Positions 11,711-21,326 of a DNA stretch of 64,000 nucleotides are shown here, piece by piece. The notes under the pieces were generated by a model. The model was not told the origin of the DNA and did no database searches. It was given only the letters and a program-made list of their open reading frames with translations. Source of the DNA: Oscillospiraceae bacterium (lineage in GTDB: Bacteria; Bacillota; Clostridia; Oscillospirales; UBA644); the NCBI GenBank assembly GCA_902783255.1, contig CACZQB010000052.1, forward strand, positions 41,389-105,388, read 5' to 3'. The position numbers and the translations under genes are program-made. The stretch's first letter is position 1. Every line of letters begins with the position of its first letter.

Positions 11711-12436
11711 ATGCTTAAAGATACGGTAAAAATCTGCAAAACAGGTGCAAAAATGGTAGCTCACAGAGGCGTGAGCGGACTTGAAACGGAAAACACGATC
11801 GCCGCATTTTTAGCCGCCGGTCAGAGATCGTATTTCGGCGTTGAAACAGATACTCAAAGAACGAAGGACGGATTTTTTATCACATTCCACGACGGTGAAC
11901 TGAACCGTATGATGGGAGTCGAGAAAAAAATCAGAGATATTACCCTTGAAGAGCTCCGCGGTTACACCATGACGGATATAAGCGACGGAAAAAAACGCTC
12001 CGATCTCGTCGTTCCAACGCTTGACGAGTATATCCGCATATGCAAACATTACAATAAGACCTGTATTCTTGAGCTGAAAGGCGTTTTCAGCGTTAAAGAC
12101 ATTGAAGATATGCTTGAAGTGATCAATACAGAAGAGTATCTTGACGGTATTATATTTATTTCGGGCGAATGGGAGTCTCTTATAAATCTTCGCAAAGTAT
12201 TGAAAACACACCCCGCGCAGTATATATGCGGCAAGATAACAGACGAACTTATCGAATCGCTCGTCAAAAACGGCTTGGATATAGACCCTTATTTTGAAGC
12301 TTTGACGGAAGAAAACGTAAAACAGCTTCATAATGCCGGAATAACCATAAACTGCTGGACTGTCAACGATCCCGCTATAGCGGAAAAACTTGACGGCTGG
12401 GGCGTAGAGATGATCACATCTAATTTTCTTGAATAA
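11711..12436 (+). CDS. Glycerophosphodiester phosphodiesterase family protein
   Basis: GDPD signature VAHRG.SG..ENT..AF and FGVETD...TKDG. RBS aaaggagag. Promoter at 11637-11665. Confidence 0.85.
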   Translation: MLKDTVKICKTGAKMVAHRGVSGLETENTIAAFLAAGQRSYFGVETDTQRTKDGFFITFHDGELNRMMGVEKKIRDITLEELRGYTMTDISDGKKRSDLVVPTLDEYIRICKHYNKTCILELKGVFSVKDIEDMLEVINTEEYLDGIIFISGEWESLINLRKVLKTHPAQYICGKITDELIESLVKNGLDIDPYFEALTEENVKQLHNAGITINCWTVNDPAIAEKLDGWGVEMITSNFLE

Positions 12437-12447
12437 AGGGATATAAC

Positions 12448-12840
12448 ATGAGAATTAAAGGATTTCACCATGTTGCGGTAAACAGCACCGAGTTTGACAG
12501 AACCGAACGGTTTTACACTCAGCTCCTCGGACTGAAAAAAGTTAAGGCATGGGGAGCTGAAAATGAACGCCGCGCAATGTATGAGTGTGAAGACGGCGCA
12601 TGCATAGAGGTTTTTGAAGAGAAAAAATTATCGGAAAACCCTGAAAGCCCTATTGCGCACTTTGCTTTTAATGTAGATGATCCGGATGCGTATGCAAAAG
12701 CCGTTGAGGATGCAGGTTACGAAATTACCACGCCGCCCAAAACAGCAGTTGTAAACGGATATCCCGGTTTTACCGCCCGACTGGCGTTCTGTAAAGGTCC
12801 TAACGGCGAGATAATCGAATTTTTTTGCATGAAAGGGTAA
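12448..12840 (+). CDS. VOC (glyoxalase/bleomycin-resistance/dioxygenase) family protein
   Basis: 130 aa. IKGFHHVAVNS...FYT..LGL is the typical VOC beta-alpha-beta-beta-beta opening. Tightly packed between the GDPD and esterase genes. Confidence 0.8.
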   Translation: MRIKGFHHVAVNSTEFDRTERFYTQLLGLKKVKAWGAENERRAMYECEDGACIEVFEEKKLSENPESPIAHFAFNVDDPDAYAKAVEDAGYEITTPPKTAVVNGYPGFTARLAFCKGPNGEIIEFFCMKG

Positions 12841-12845
12841 ATGAA

Positions 12846-14015
12846 ATGACTGAAAAAGAATCTGCTTTTATTCGCGAACATATATGGAATGATTTTTGCG
12901 AGCGCGAAAGAAAAAATAAGAAGAGGATCGAAGAGATCGAAAATCAGGTAATGCCTTTCGGAGAAGTAAAAATGCGTTACGGTATTTCCGTAAACGGCAG
13001 TCCCGAAAAAAACGGCTATCCGCTTTATATCGCCCTTCACGGCGGCGGACACAGCGATACCCCCGATATCAATGACAGCCAGTGGGAACATATGAAAATA
13101 TATTACCGCGACAGCGTAAAAAACGGGGTATATGTTGCGTGCAGAGGCGTTCGCGACACATGGGATACTCACGCAAACCCCGAAAGCTTTCCTCTTTATG
13201 ACGAGCTTATTTCCAACATGGTCCTTTTTAACAATGTAGATCCGAACAGGGTATATATAATGGGATTTTCAGCCGGAGGAGACGGTGTATACATCACTAC
13301 TCCTAAAATGGCTGACAGATTTGCCGCTGCCAATATGTCTGCGGGATGTCCAAACAATGTCAAGCTCGACAATCTCAGAAATATGGCGTTTATCATTCAG
13401 GCAGGAGAGCGCGATTACTTTTTCAGAAGAAACGAGCTTATTGCCGAATATGACGAATATTTAGACAGACTTTCAGCTCAATACGGCGGATATTATCACG
13501 AAGCGAACATACATTTTGACAAGGCGCACAATTTCAGAGATAACGATTCTTCATTCACACCGCGCGCGGTAATAAAAAACAATGCCGCATGGCTGCGCGA
13601 CGGCGACAGAGAATATATAGAAAAAGATGTCAATGCCGTAACGTTCCTTTCAAAACAGGTAAGAAATCCGTATCCCGACAGGGTCGTATGGAATCTTTCC
13701 CAGCGTGCGCCGCTTCGCAAAACAGATACATTCTACTGGCTCGGCGCTGATAAAAATGTAAACGAAGGCGAGCTTGTTGTATCTTACAGCAGTGAAAAAT
13801 GCAAAATAACGATTGAAAAAGCCACCGCGAAGGAATTTTCCGTTTATTACAACGAAAAAATGTTTGCAAAAGAGCCTGAGATCATAATTGATTCAGAAAA
13901 TGTTTCGGTTGTAAAAACCGATTACCGTCCCGAAGAGATCGCATTGGAAACATGCGGGAAAAACTGCGATCCGAACTATATATTCACAGGAAGAATAGAC
14001 TTTGAGGTTAAATAA
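12846..14015 (+). CDS. Alpha/beta-hydrolase-fold esterase-like protein
   Basis: HGGGH oxyanion-type motif and nucleophile elbow GFSAGG. Start set at the second Met (MTEKE, RBS gaaaggg) rather than 12825, which overlaps the previous gene. Specificity unknown. Confidence 0.7.
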   Translation: MTEKESAFIREHIWNDFCERERKNKKRIEEIENQVMPFGEVKMRYGISVNGSPEKNGYPLYIALHGGGHSDTPDINDSQWEHMKIYYRDSVKNGVYVACRGVRDTWDTHANPESFPLYDELISNMVLFNNVDPNRVYIMGFSAGGDGVYITTPKMADRFAAANMSAGCPNNVKLDNLRNMAFIIQAGERDYFFRRNELIAEYDEYLDRLSAQYGGYYHEANIHFDKAHNFRDNDSSFTPRAVIKNNAAWLRDGDREYIEKDVNAVTFLSKQVRNPYPDRVVWNLSQRAPLRKTDTFYWLGADKNVNEGELVVSYSSEKCKITIEKATAKEFSVYYNEKMFAKEPEIIIDSENVSVVKTDYRPEEIALETCGKNCDPNYIFTGRIDFEVK

Positions 14016-14023
14016 GTCAATAC

Positions 14024-14066
14024 AAAAATATCCCTCCGAAATTACGGGTTTCGGAGGGATTTTTTA
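14024..14066. terminator. Bidirectional terminator between the esterase gene and the hypothetical 14084-14737
   Basis: 12-bp stem ATCCCTCCGAAA / TTTCGGAGGGAT, flanked by AAAAA and TTTTT. Confidence 0.75.
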
Positions 14067-14083
14067 TACTTTTCAGGTGTCGG

Positions 14084-14737
14084 TCACGATATCCAGACCG
14101 TTCCGTCATCGGTAATATACAGTGAACCTGTCTCTTCCGACACGGTATTGCCGTCAAAGTCTTTTATGATTATTTTGTTATAAAACTTATAATCTTCCGA
14201 AGCGCGGTCATTTTCGCTGTCCCATCCGTCTTCGAACCATGCTTCAAGATAGACTCTGTTTTCTCTGATGATTACCGCTGTTTCGTTGGGCTGCAGCGGA
14301 AATGATATTCTGTATGGATAGTAGCAGTTAAAAAAATCTTTCTGACTTACCACACTCACGCCTTCACCCATGAGCGAAAGATTGTAAAGCTCTGTTTTGT
14401 CAATGGCGAATGATTGAACGACCTGCGTATCTGAGCCCGGATAGTATTTGTAAAGCATAATGGTGTTTTTATTGAAATCACCCTTGAGAAAGAAATAATA
14501 TCCGTTGAAATAAAGCGGTTTACCGTATGTAACGTTTCTTTCTTTTTCAAAAGGAGTATATACTTTGCCGGTATCGGTGTCATAAAACTTTATCACTGCC
14601 CCACGGTAGCCGTTTTTATCGTTACGATTCAATACGTCGTAAAAATCCTCAAAATCCGTAACGGCATACGCAAAACGTGACTGACTCTCTATTTTTGTAA
14701 TGTTTAATCCTTTTGTTTCGTCAAATTTTCTTATCAT
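14084..14737 (-). CDS. Hypothetical cytoplasmic protein (Tyr/Phe/Asp-rich, probably beta-rich)
   Basis: 217-aa ORF, last gene of the fucosidase/radical-SAM transcription unit, starting 11 nt after the upstream stop. No signal peptide, TM helix or motif I recognise. Confidence 0.65.
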   Translation of the reverse strand: MIRKFDETKGLNITKIESQSRFAYAVTDFEDFYDVLNRNDKNGYRGAVIKFYDTDTGKVYTPFEKERNVTYGKPLYFNGYYFFLKGDFNKNTIMLYKYYPGSDTQVVQSFAIDKTELYNLSLMGEGVSVVSQKDFFNCYYPYRISFPLQPNETAVIIRENRVYLEAWFEDGWDSENDRASEDYKFYNKIIIKDFDGNTVSEETGSLYITDDGTVWIS

Positions 14738-14748
14738 CTTTTTCTATT

Positions 14749-15594
14749 TCAGCCAAATCTTTTTGAATATCCGCATTTTCTGCAAAGCTCTTCAACAGCC
14801 TTTCTTGAAGAAAAACCGTTATATATCGCTTTCGAACGCGGCTTTTCAAGAATATCTTCGATATTTTCCGTAAAAATGTTGCCTAGCGCAATATCACCGT
14901 CTTTATCAAGGCAGCATGGAACGACCGTTCCGTTGCTCAGAATGCCTATCTGATCTCTGAGCCCGTAGCAGAAAACACTTTCTCTTTCTTCGCCGTTTGA
15001 AAGATCAGGCCAGTCGAATTTATCTCCGTATTCGATAAAAATGTTTTTTCCTATGCAAACACTGTTTCTCGATTTAGTCCATGGTTCTGAAAACACTTCG
15101 GCGATCATTTTTTTTATTTCTTCGTTTTTTTTGTCCATACCGCCGCTGTTCCAGAGCCGCAGGGAGACAATTTTATCATTTTCCGCCTTTTTTGCGAATA
15201 AAATACAACCGTTTATATATTCGTCAAGCGTTTGCCCCTGAATTGAAGCTTCAAAAGAATGGAGCGAAATATTTACCTTTTTTACCGCCGCAGACGAAAG
15301 AAGAATATCGCCTCTTTTACCCAGCAGCGTTCCGTTCGTGGTTATTATAACCTTATATCCGTTGGATTTTGCAATATCGAGAAACAGCGGCAGTTCAGGG
15401 TGGCAAAGAGGTTCGCCCATAATGTGCAGATATATGTATTCCGTATGCGGATGCAGCTTTTTGCACACAGCTTCGAACTGTGACGCATTCATCATCATTT
15501 TTTCTCTTTTTGTCCCCGGGCAAAAAGCGCATGATAAATTACATACGTTCGTTATCTCAACGTAAGCTTTCTTAAAGCGCATCTGCAACAGCAA
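14749..15594 (-). CDS. Radical SAM protein with short SPASM/twitch-type C-terminal Cys cluster
   Basis: CNLSCAFC (CxxxCxxC) at residues 18-25, GEPL motif (HIMGEPLCHP), and C-terminal CC...CxxC (VVPCCLD...CRKCG). The start is either TTG 15594 or ATG 15582; both overlap the 3' end of the fucosidase gene. Confidence 0.85.
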   Translation of the reverse strand: MLLQMRFKKAYVEITNVCNLSCAFCPGTKREKMMMNASQFEAVCKKLHPHTEYIYLHIMGEPLCHPELPLFLDIAKSNGYKVIITTNGTLLGKRGDILLSSAAVKKVNISLHSFEASIQGQTLDEYINGCILFAKKAENDKIVSLRLWNSGGMDKKNEEIKKMIAEVFSEPWTKSRNSVCIGKNIFIEYGDKFDWPDLSNGEERESVFCYGLRDQIGILSNGTVVPCCLDKDGDIALGNIFTENIEDILEKPRSKAIYNGFSSRKAVEELCRKCGYSKRFG

Positions 15595-16813
15595 CTCTCA
15601 CAACGGTGTTTGTTCCGTATGGATAACCTGTAAAATTAACGCTCATCAGTCCGTTATCCGTGTTTTGCGTAAAATCAAGTGCCTCGTTGTTGTCTACCCA
15701 TTTTATCGAAGAGAAGCGGGTTTTAACATTAGTAAAAGATCTCGGTCCCACGCCCTGCACGCCTTTTACGACGTTTGCCTGAGACAATACCGAAAGATCA
15801 TGTATATAAAACCAGTATCGCGCTCCGTCAAAAAGAACGAAGTCTTTGCCTGTCGATCGTATTTCGCACGGTTTGGCGTTGTATACCGAGTCTCCAGCCA
15901 TTTTTATCCAGTCGCCCACGCCGGCAAGAAGTTCTTTCTGTAAAGGAAGTATCCGTCCCTCTGCGGTCGGTCCGACATTCAGAAGATAATTTGCTCCGAC
16001 TTTTCTGCATGCGCAGAGATTTTCTATCAGCTCGGGCAGAGACTGATACGCAAAGTCGAGACTGCCTATGCCCCAGTGTCTGTTTATCGTCTGGCACATT
16101 TCGGCAGCAACGTATTTTTCCATACCTTCTCTGTTCATAGGCTCGGGACGGCCCTGCTCAAACGTTACGCTGTCAATATAAGGATTTCCGATTTTTCCGC
16201 GCGCATCAAGTCCCGTGTTGTTTATTATCATCGCGTCGGGCTGATTTTTTCTAATGAGAGCGTAAAGCTCGTTTTCTTCCCAATTTTCATTCGGTTTAGA
16301 CCAGTTTCCGTCAAACCACATGCCGCCTATCTCTCCGTATTGTGTGCAGAGTATTTCAACGGAGCGACGGAGATATCTGAGGTATTCTTTAAAATTCCCG
16401 TTAAAATCGGGATTGTACCAATCGAGCGTAGTGTGGTAAAACATAGGCAGAATCCCTTCCGCGCGGCAGCCTTCCACAAAATCAGCTATCAGATCGCGAC
16501 CCGCAGCGGAGTGCGGAGCGTCATAGTCGTTAAGTCCTCTTGTGTCGTAAAGGGAAAAACCCTCGTGATGGCGCGTGGTCAGAGTTATGTATTTCATTCC
16601 TGCTCGTTTTGCGATGCGGGCAACTTCTCTTCCCGAAAAATCCTTCGCCGTAAAAGTGTCTTTAAGTTTTATATATTCTTCTTTCGGTATTTTTCCTATT
16701 TCCTGGATCCATTCTCCTTTGCCTAGCTGGGAATAAAGACCCCAGTGAATAAACATTCCGAACCCGAGTTTTTCAAATCTCGCAATTCTTTTTTCCGGAA
16801 CAGGTATAGCCAT
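15572..16813 (-). CDS. Alpha-L-fucosidase (GH29)
   Basis: FGMFIHWGLYS...GEW, TTRHHEGF and WFDG motifs are typical of GH29. RBS aggagga. Promoter at 16847-16875. Confidence 0.9.
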   Translation of the reverse strand: MAIPVPEKRIARFEKLGFGMFIHWGLYSQLGKGEWIQEIGKIPKEEYIKLKDTFTAKDFSGREVARIAKRAGMKYITLTTRHHEGFSLYDTRGLNDYDAPHSAAGRDLIADFVEGCRAEGILPMFYHTTLDWYNPDFNGNFKEYLRYLRRSVEILCTQYGEIGGMWFDGNWSKPNENWEENELYALIRKNQPDAMIINNTGLDARGKIGNPYIDSVTFEQGRPEPMNREGMEKYVAAEMCQTINRHWGIGSLDFAYQSLPELIENLCACRKVGANYLLNVGPTAEGRILPLQKELLAGVGDWIKMAGDSVYNAKPCEIRSTGKDFVLFDGARYWFYIHDLSVLSQANVVKGVQGVGPRSFTNVKTRFSSIKWVDNNEALDFTQNTDNGLMSVNFTGYPYGTNTVVRVAVADAL

Positions 16814-16846
16814 AGTGAAATCCTCCTGATATATTTTTCCGTTACG

Positions 16847-16875
16847 ATTTTACCATATCACTCATAATATGTCAA
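16847..16875 (-). promoter_or_regulatory. Sigma-A-type promoter for the fucosidase / radical SAM / hypothetical operon
   Basis: Reverse strand TTGACA (16870-16875), 17 nt spacer, TAAAAT (16847-16852). Confidence 0.55.
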
Positions 16876-16974
16876 CACCTGTTTTACATAACTTCCTATT
16901 TTTCTGACGGCTCTGAAACGGTGTATTGATTCAGTCGAAATTTACAACAATAAATGAATTCTTCTCTTTCCTTC

Positions 16975-17003
16975 TTGACAACAGCAAAAAATAGATGTAT
17001 AAT
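16975..17003 (+). promoter_or_regulatory. Sigma-A-type promoter for the EIIC-like permease
   Basis: TTGACA (16975-16980), 17 nt spacer, TATAAT (16998-17003). Confidence 0.65.
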
Positions 17004-17034
17004 TCGGTCAATAATTCCATGTGAGGTGGTTTTT

Positions 17035-18045
17035 TTGGATTTTATTAAAAAATTCTTCAAACGGTATTTTATTACTGCAATGTCATATATGGCTCTCGGG
17101 CTTTTTTCATCTCTTATTATCGGGCTTATAATCGGACAGATAGCAAAGATCCCGTATCTTGATTTTCTTACTCAGATTTCCGATATGCTCGCCGCATCGT
17201 CTCCTGTAGTCGGTGCCGCAATTGGAGCCGCAATCGGTTACAGCCTTCAAAAAGATAAACCTCTCGTTGTTTTTTCCGCTGCTGTTACAGGTGCCGTCGG
17301 GTATGCGGCGGGAGGACCTGTAGGTGCGTATCTTGCCGCAGTTCTCGGCTCTGAAACAGGCGGGCTCCTTTCCGGAAAAACGAAGATAGATATTATCGTA
17401 ACACCCCTTGCATCGATAATTCCGGGCGGACTTATCGGGATATTCGTCGGTCCGTATATCAATCAGTTCATGCAGTGGCTGGGAAGCGTAATAAACAGCG
17501 CAACAGAGCTTGCGCCTATACCCATGGGCATTGTTGTTGCCGTTATTGTCGGCCTTGCGCTTACAGCGCCGATAAGTTCTGCCGCTCTTTGTATAATGAT
17601 CGGGCTTGACGGTATTGCCGCAGGCGCCGCATGCGTAGGGTGCTGCTGCCAGATGATAGGCTTTGCAGTAGCTTCTTTCCGCGACAACGGTTTCGGCGGA
17701 CTTATATCTCAGGGTGTCGGCACTTCTATGCTGCAGTTCGGCAATATTCTCAATCATCCGCAGATATGGCTTGCTCCAACGCTTGCATCCGCAATACTCG
17801 GCCCTGTTTCCACCGCAGTGCTGGGTATGACAAACACATCTTCCGGAGCAGGAATGGGAACAAGCGGCTTTGTGGGACAGTTCGGTGCCTTTGCGGCGAT
17901 GAATGACGAGTTCGGAACGGTCCTTACTCTTGTGTATATTTTCCTTATGCATTTTATTCTGCCTGCGGCGCTTACATTTGCGTTTGATCTTCTTTTCAGA
18001 AAAATAGGCTGGGTAAAAAAAGGATACATGAAAATTCAATACTGA
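17035..18045 (+). CDS. Polytopic membrane permease resembling the stand-alone PTS EIIC-2 family
   Basis: Gly/Ala-rich multi-helix protein (GGLISQGVGTSMLQ). Start moved to TTG 17035 (RBS gaggtgg) because the ATG at 16954 lies upstream of the strong promoter at 16975-17003. The family assignment is from memory only. Confidence 0.6.
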   Translation: MDFIKKFFKRYFITAMSYMALGLFSSLIIGLIIGQIAKIPYLDFLTQISDMLAASSPVVGAAIGAAIGYSLQKDKPLVVFSAAVTGAVGYAAGGPVGAYLAAVLGSETGGLLSGKTKIDIIVTPLASIIPGGLIGIFVGPYINQFMQWLGSVINSATELAPIPMGIVVAVIVGLALTAPISSAALCIMIGLDGIAAGAACVGCCCQMIGFAVASFRDNGFGGLISQGVGTSMLQFGNILNHPQIWLAPTLASAILGPVSTAVLGMTNTSSGAGMGTSGFVGQFGAFAAMNDEFGTVLTLVYIFLMHFILPAALTFAFDLLFRKIGWVKKGYMKIQY

Positions 18046-18059
18046 TTACCGAAAAACTG

Positions 18060-18098
18060 AAACCGGAGGAGCCGATCGCTTTTCCGGTTTTTGTTTTC
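18060..18098 (+). terminator. Rho-independent terminator after the EIIC-like gene
   Basis: Stem AAACCGGA / TCCGGTTT followed by TTGTTTT. Confidence 0.55.
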
Positions 18099-18131
18099 GC
18101 AAAAAAATCATATTTTTTGATTTGTTATATG

Positions 18132-18160
18132 TTGATATTCTCGTAAAAATATGATATATT
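18132..18160 (+). promoter_or_regulatory. Sigma-A-type promoter for the CotH-VTC-DUF4956 operon
   Basis: TTGATA (18132-18137), 17 nt spacer, TATATT (18155-18160), about 30 nt upstream of the RBS gggggag. Confidence 0.5.
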
Positions 18161-18191
18161 ATAATAAAGTAGTGTTTGAAGGGGGAGAAAT

Positions 18192-21100
18192 ATGAAAACG
18201 GGCAAAAAAGATCTGTCTTACGTTGTTGCCGCCGCAGCAGGGCTTACAGCGCTTATTTTACTTGTAGTTTTCGGATTGACGATCCGCCCCTCGTCTCCCT
18301 CCCAAACTGCTTTAAACGGTGAAAAAATGCAGATAGTTTCCGACGGGTCTTTCGGCGATATCGTTTTTAATGAAATGCTGCTTTCAAACGATAAATTCTA
18401 TCCCGACGGCAGCGGAAATTTTTACGACTACGCTGAAATCAGAAATATGACTGACAGGACCGTTGATATTTCCGACTGGTATATAACCGAGGATAAAAAT
18501 CCGGACAAGTGGTTTTTCCCGAAAGGAACGACAATAATCCCGAACGGTTATATTCTCGTGTTTTTCTGCGGGGAAGAAAAAGGCGGTCTTTACTGTCCGA
18601 TGAAACTTTCAAAAAACGGCAGGGAAATATTTACTATTTATACAAAAAGCGGTTCCGTATCCGACAGAGTCGTAACATCGCCGACGGAAATAAATCTCGT
18701 TTATGAGCGAACAGACAGCGGCTCGTGGCGATCAAACGAAGCGCCGTCTCCGCTGTATCCGAATAACGAGCAGGGAAAAGCGCTTTTTGCCGCCTCTCGC
18801 GTAAGAAAGAACGATCCCGTGAAAATAACGGAAATCATGGCTGATAACCTGTTTACCGTTTCCGACTCTGACGGCGATTACGCGGATTATATCGAAATAA
18901 CGAATTTCGGGAGTAATGAGGTCGATCTTGAAGGATATACGCTTTCGGACAATTCTTCGGACCGTTTTAAATGGACGTTTCCGCCTGTAGTGCTCGGCAT
19001 AAATGAAAGCATTATCGTTTTTGCATCCGGAAAAAACAGGATTACAGGAGAGCTTCATTCCTCTTTCCGCCTTTCGGCTGACGGAGGATATGTAAGTTTA
19101 TGCGATAAAAACGGGGTGCTTCTTGATGAAGAGAAGTACGGAGATCTTGAAAACGGCAAAGTTCTCTCCCGTTCTTCAAAAGAAGAAGAAATGACCGTTC
19201 TTTACACGCCGTCGCCTGGATATACGGATATTGACGTTTATTCAAGAAACAGCGACGCCTCAAAAGAGCTTCTTATCAATGAAGTCATGGCCGTAAACGA
19301 CAGATATGTTGTTCAGAACGGAGAATATTTTGACTGGATCGAGATAAAAAACAATTCACGTTCACCCATTCTTCTTTCGGACTATTATCTTACGGGCAAC
19401 AAAAATGATCCGTCGCGCTGGCAGTTTCCTGCAATTACGCTTCAGCCGGGCGAAATGATCCTTGTTTTTGCTTCGGGAACACCGGAAAGATCAACAAGCG
19501 CATTTATTCATTGCAATTTCAGGCTCGACTCGGTATACGAAGAGCTTTATCTTTACAGATCCGAAGGTGATTTTTTCAAACTCTGCGATGGTGCCGTTCT
19601 GACCGAAATACCTTACGGCATGTCATACGGCCGTTCTCCGTCAAAAGGCGGTTTCGTATATATTCCTTCACCTACGCCGGGAACGGAAAACTCTGAAGGA
19701 GTCAGATATATTTCTTCTCAGCCGCTGCCTTCGGTAAAAGGCGGAGTATTTGACGGAATATCTTCACTGTCCGTTTCTTTTGACGGAAAAGGAGATATTT
19801 ACTATACGCTTGACGGTTCTTTGCCGGATAAAAACAGCTTGCTGTATTCGTCGCCCGTTAAGGTCGCAAAAACATGCGTTATCCGCGCTGTTTGCTTTGA
19901 AAACGGAAAGCTGCCGAGCAAAAGCATTACCGAAAGCTATATTATCAATGAAAATCATACTCTTCCGGTCGTTTCAGTCGCCTCCGATCCTCAAGGATTG
20001 TGGAGCGAAGAAGAGGGCATATGTTTTCGCGGTATTGCCGATGAAAACGGCAGTTACCCCAAAGATGCGAATATCTGGCAAAACTGGGAAAGGCAGTGCT
20101 CTGTCCAGCTTTTTGACGGGATATGGGGATTTAAGGCGGATTGCGGTATAAAACTTTTCGGTCAGTCAAACAGAGAATATCCTAAACAGTCCTTTCAACT
20201 TAAATTTCGCGCAAAATACGGCTGCCCTGAAATATACTGTTCTCTTTTTGCAAACACGCCCGAGATCACACGTTTCAACAGCCTTGTTCTTCGTTCCGGT
20301 TCTCAGGATTACAGACGTTCTCTTATAAGAGACGAGCTTGCCACATCGCTTGCCGCGGATATGGATCTGCTTGTTCAGGGATATAAGGCGTGCGTTCTTT
20401 ACATAAACGGACAATACTACGGTATTTATTATATTCGTGAAAAAATCGATGAAAAATTTATCGCATCGCATATCGGTGTATCAGAAGAAAGCATAGATCT
20501 TCTTGTGGGCAACGGCAATGTGATTTACGGCAGCAATGACGACTGGTACAGTGCGCTCTGGTATGCGAGAAATTACGACCTTTCCGTTCCTTCAAATTAT
20601 AACTACCTTAAAAGAAGCATTGATGTTGAGAGCTTCGCCGATTTTATCATCGCAGAAGCTTTTTACGGAAACAGAGACTCCGGCAATATTAAATTTTATC
20701 GATCAAGTGAAACGGACGGGAAATGGCGCTGGATCCTTTATGACCTTGATTACGCCATGACAGATGACACCGATTTCGGTACATACGGGTTGTTTTATAT
20801 GATCGACCCCGAGGGGACCGGGTATGCCCATAAATACAGCACCGTGCTTATCAACAGGCTTCTTCGAAGTCCCGAATTTTTTGATATGTTCCTTCGCCGT
20901 TTCGCATTTCATCTTGACAATACTTTTGCCGCAGACCGTATAGTATCCGAAGTGGATTCTTTTCGTCAGCTTATAGGAGACGAAATAGTAAGGAATATAA
21001 ACAGATGGGGCAGCACTTACAATACGTGGGACTGGCAGACAAAAGTAATAAAGAATTTTGTTACAGATAATTACGACTCCGGAAAAACAAGAAAAGAGCA

Positions 21101-21326
21101 GCTTATATCTGAAATCAGATCTCTGTTTTCTCTTTCTGATACGGCAGTTGAATACTACTTTTATATGACGGAAGAAGAGCGTGCGGAATTTGATACGGTA
21201 ATGTCTCTCGGTCTTATTGAAAACTCCGAAGATATTTTTGCTTATACCCACCCGGCAGATGCCGTTGCAGATGAATTGCCTGTTTTTGAAGAAGACTCCG
21301 GAGAGGGGGAATGGGATGAGACATGA
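18192..21326 (+). CDS. Membrane-anchored CotH-family atypical kinase with three lamin-tail-domain repeats
   Basis: N-terminal TM helix (VVAAAAGLTALILLVVFGL). Three LTD-like repeats (..EI.N.....DLS/EGY.L...). A GDIYYTLDGS Ig-like module. A CotH core (RDELA...LYINGQYYGIYYIREKIDEKFI, WILYDLDYAM). Acidic tail. Confidence 0.85.
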   Translation: MKTGKKDLSYVVAAAAGLTALILLVVFGLTIRPSSPSQTALNGEKMQIVSDGSFGDIVFNEMLLSNDKFYPDGSGNFYDYAEIRNMTDRTVDISDWYITEDKNPDKWFFPKGTTIIPNGYILVFFCGEEKGGLYCPMKLSKNGREIFTIYTKSGSVSDRVVTSPTEINLVYERTDSGSWRSNEAPSPLYPNNEQGKALFAASRVRKNDPVKITEIMADNLFTVSDSDGDYADYIEITNFGSNEVDLEGYTLSDNSSDRFKWTFPPVVLGINESIIVFASGKNRITGELHSSFRLSADGGYVSLCDKNGVLLDEEKYGDLENGKVLSRSSKEEEMTVLYTPSPGYTDIDVYSRNSDASKELLINEVMAVNDRYVVQNGEYFDWIEIKNNSRSPILLSDYYLTGNKNDPSRWQFPAITLQPGEMILVFASGTPERSTSAFIHCNFRLDSVYEELYLYRSEGDFFKLCDGAVLTEIPYGMSYGRSPSKGGFVYIPSPTPGTENSEGVRYISSQPLPSVKGGVFDGISSLSVSFDGKGDIYYTLDGSLPDKNSLLYSSPVKVAKTCVIRAVCFENGKLPSKSITESYIINENHTLPVVSVASDPQGLWSEEEGICFRGIADENGSYPKDANIWQNWERQCSVQLFDGIWGFKADCGIKLFGQSNREYPKQSFQLKFRAKYGCPEIYCSLFANTPEITRFNSLVLRSGSQDYRRSLIRDELATSLAADMDLLVQGYKACVLYINGQYYGIYYIREKIDEKFIASHIGVSEESIDLLVGNGNVIYGSNDDWYSALWYARNYDLSVPSNYNYLKRSIDVESFADFIIAEAFYGNRDSGNIKFYRSSETDGKWRWILYDLDYAMTDDTDFGTYGLFYMIDPEGTGYAHKYSTVLINRLLRSPEFFDMFLRRFAFHLDNTFAADRIVSEVDSFRQLIGDEIVRNINRWGSTYNTWDWQTKVIKNFVTDNYDSGKTRKEQLISEIRSLFSLSDTAVEYYFYMTEEERAEFDTVMSLGLIENSEDIFAYTHPADAVADELPVFEEDSGEGEWDET

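Noticed and set aside
17107-18039. 310-aa ORF antisense to the EIIC-like permease, plus similar long antisense ORFs at 29579-30535, 31043-31654, 20703-21386, 23614-24318, 25141-25779, 42895-43533, 36929-37486 and 44568-45083.
   Set aside because: Each lies fully inside a gene with strong family motifs on the other strand. Their translations are low-complexity or Arg/Ser/Cys-rich, and they have no RBS or promoter. These are typical shadow ORFs.
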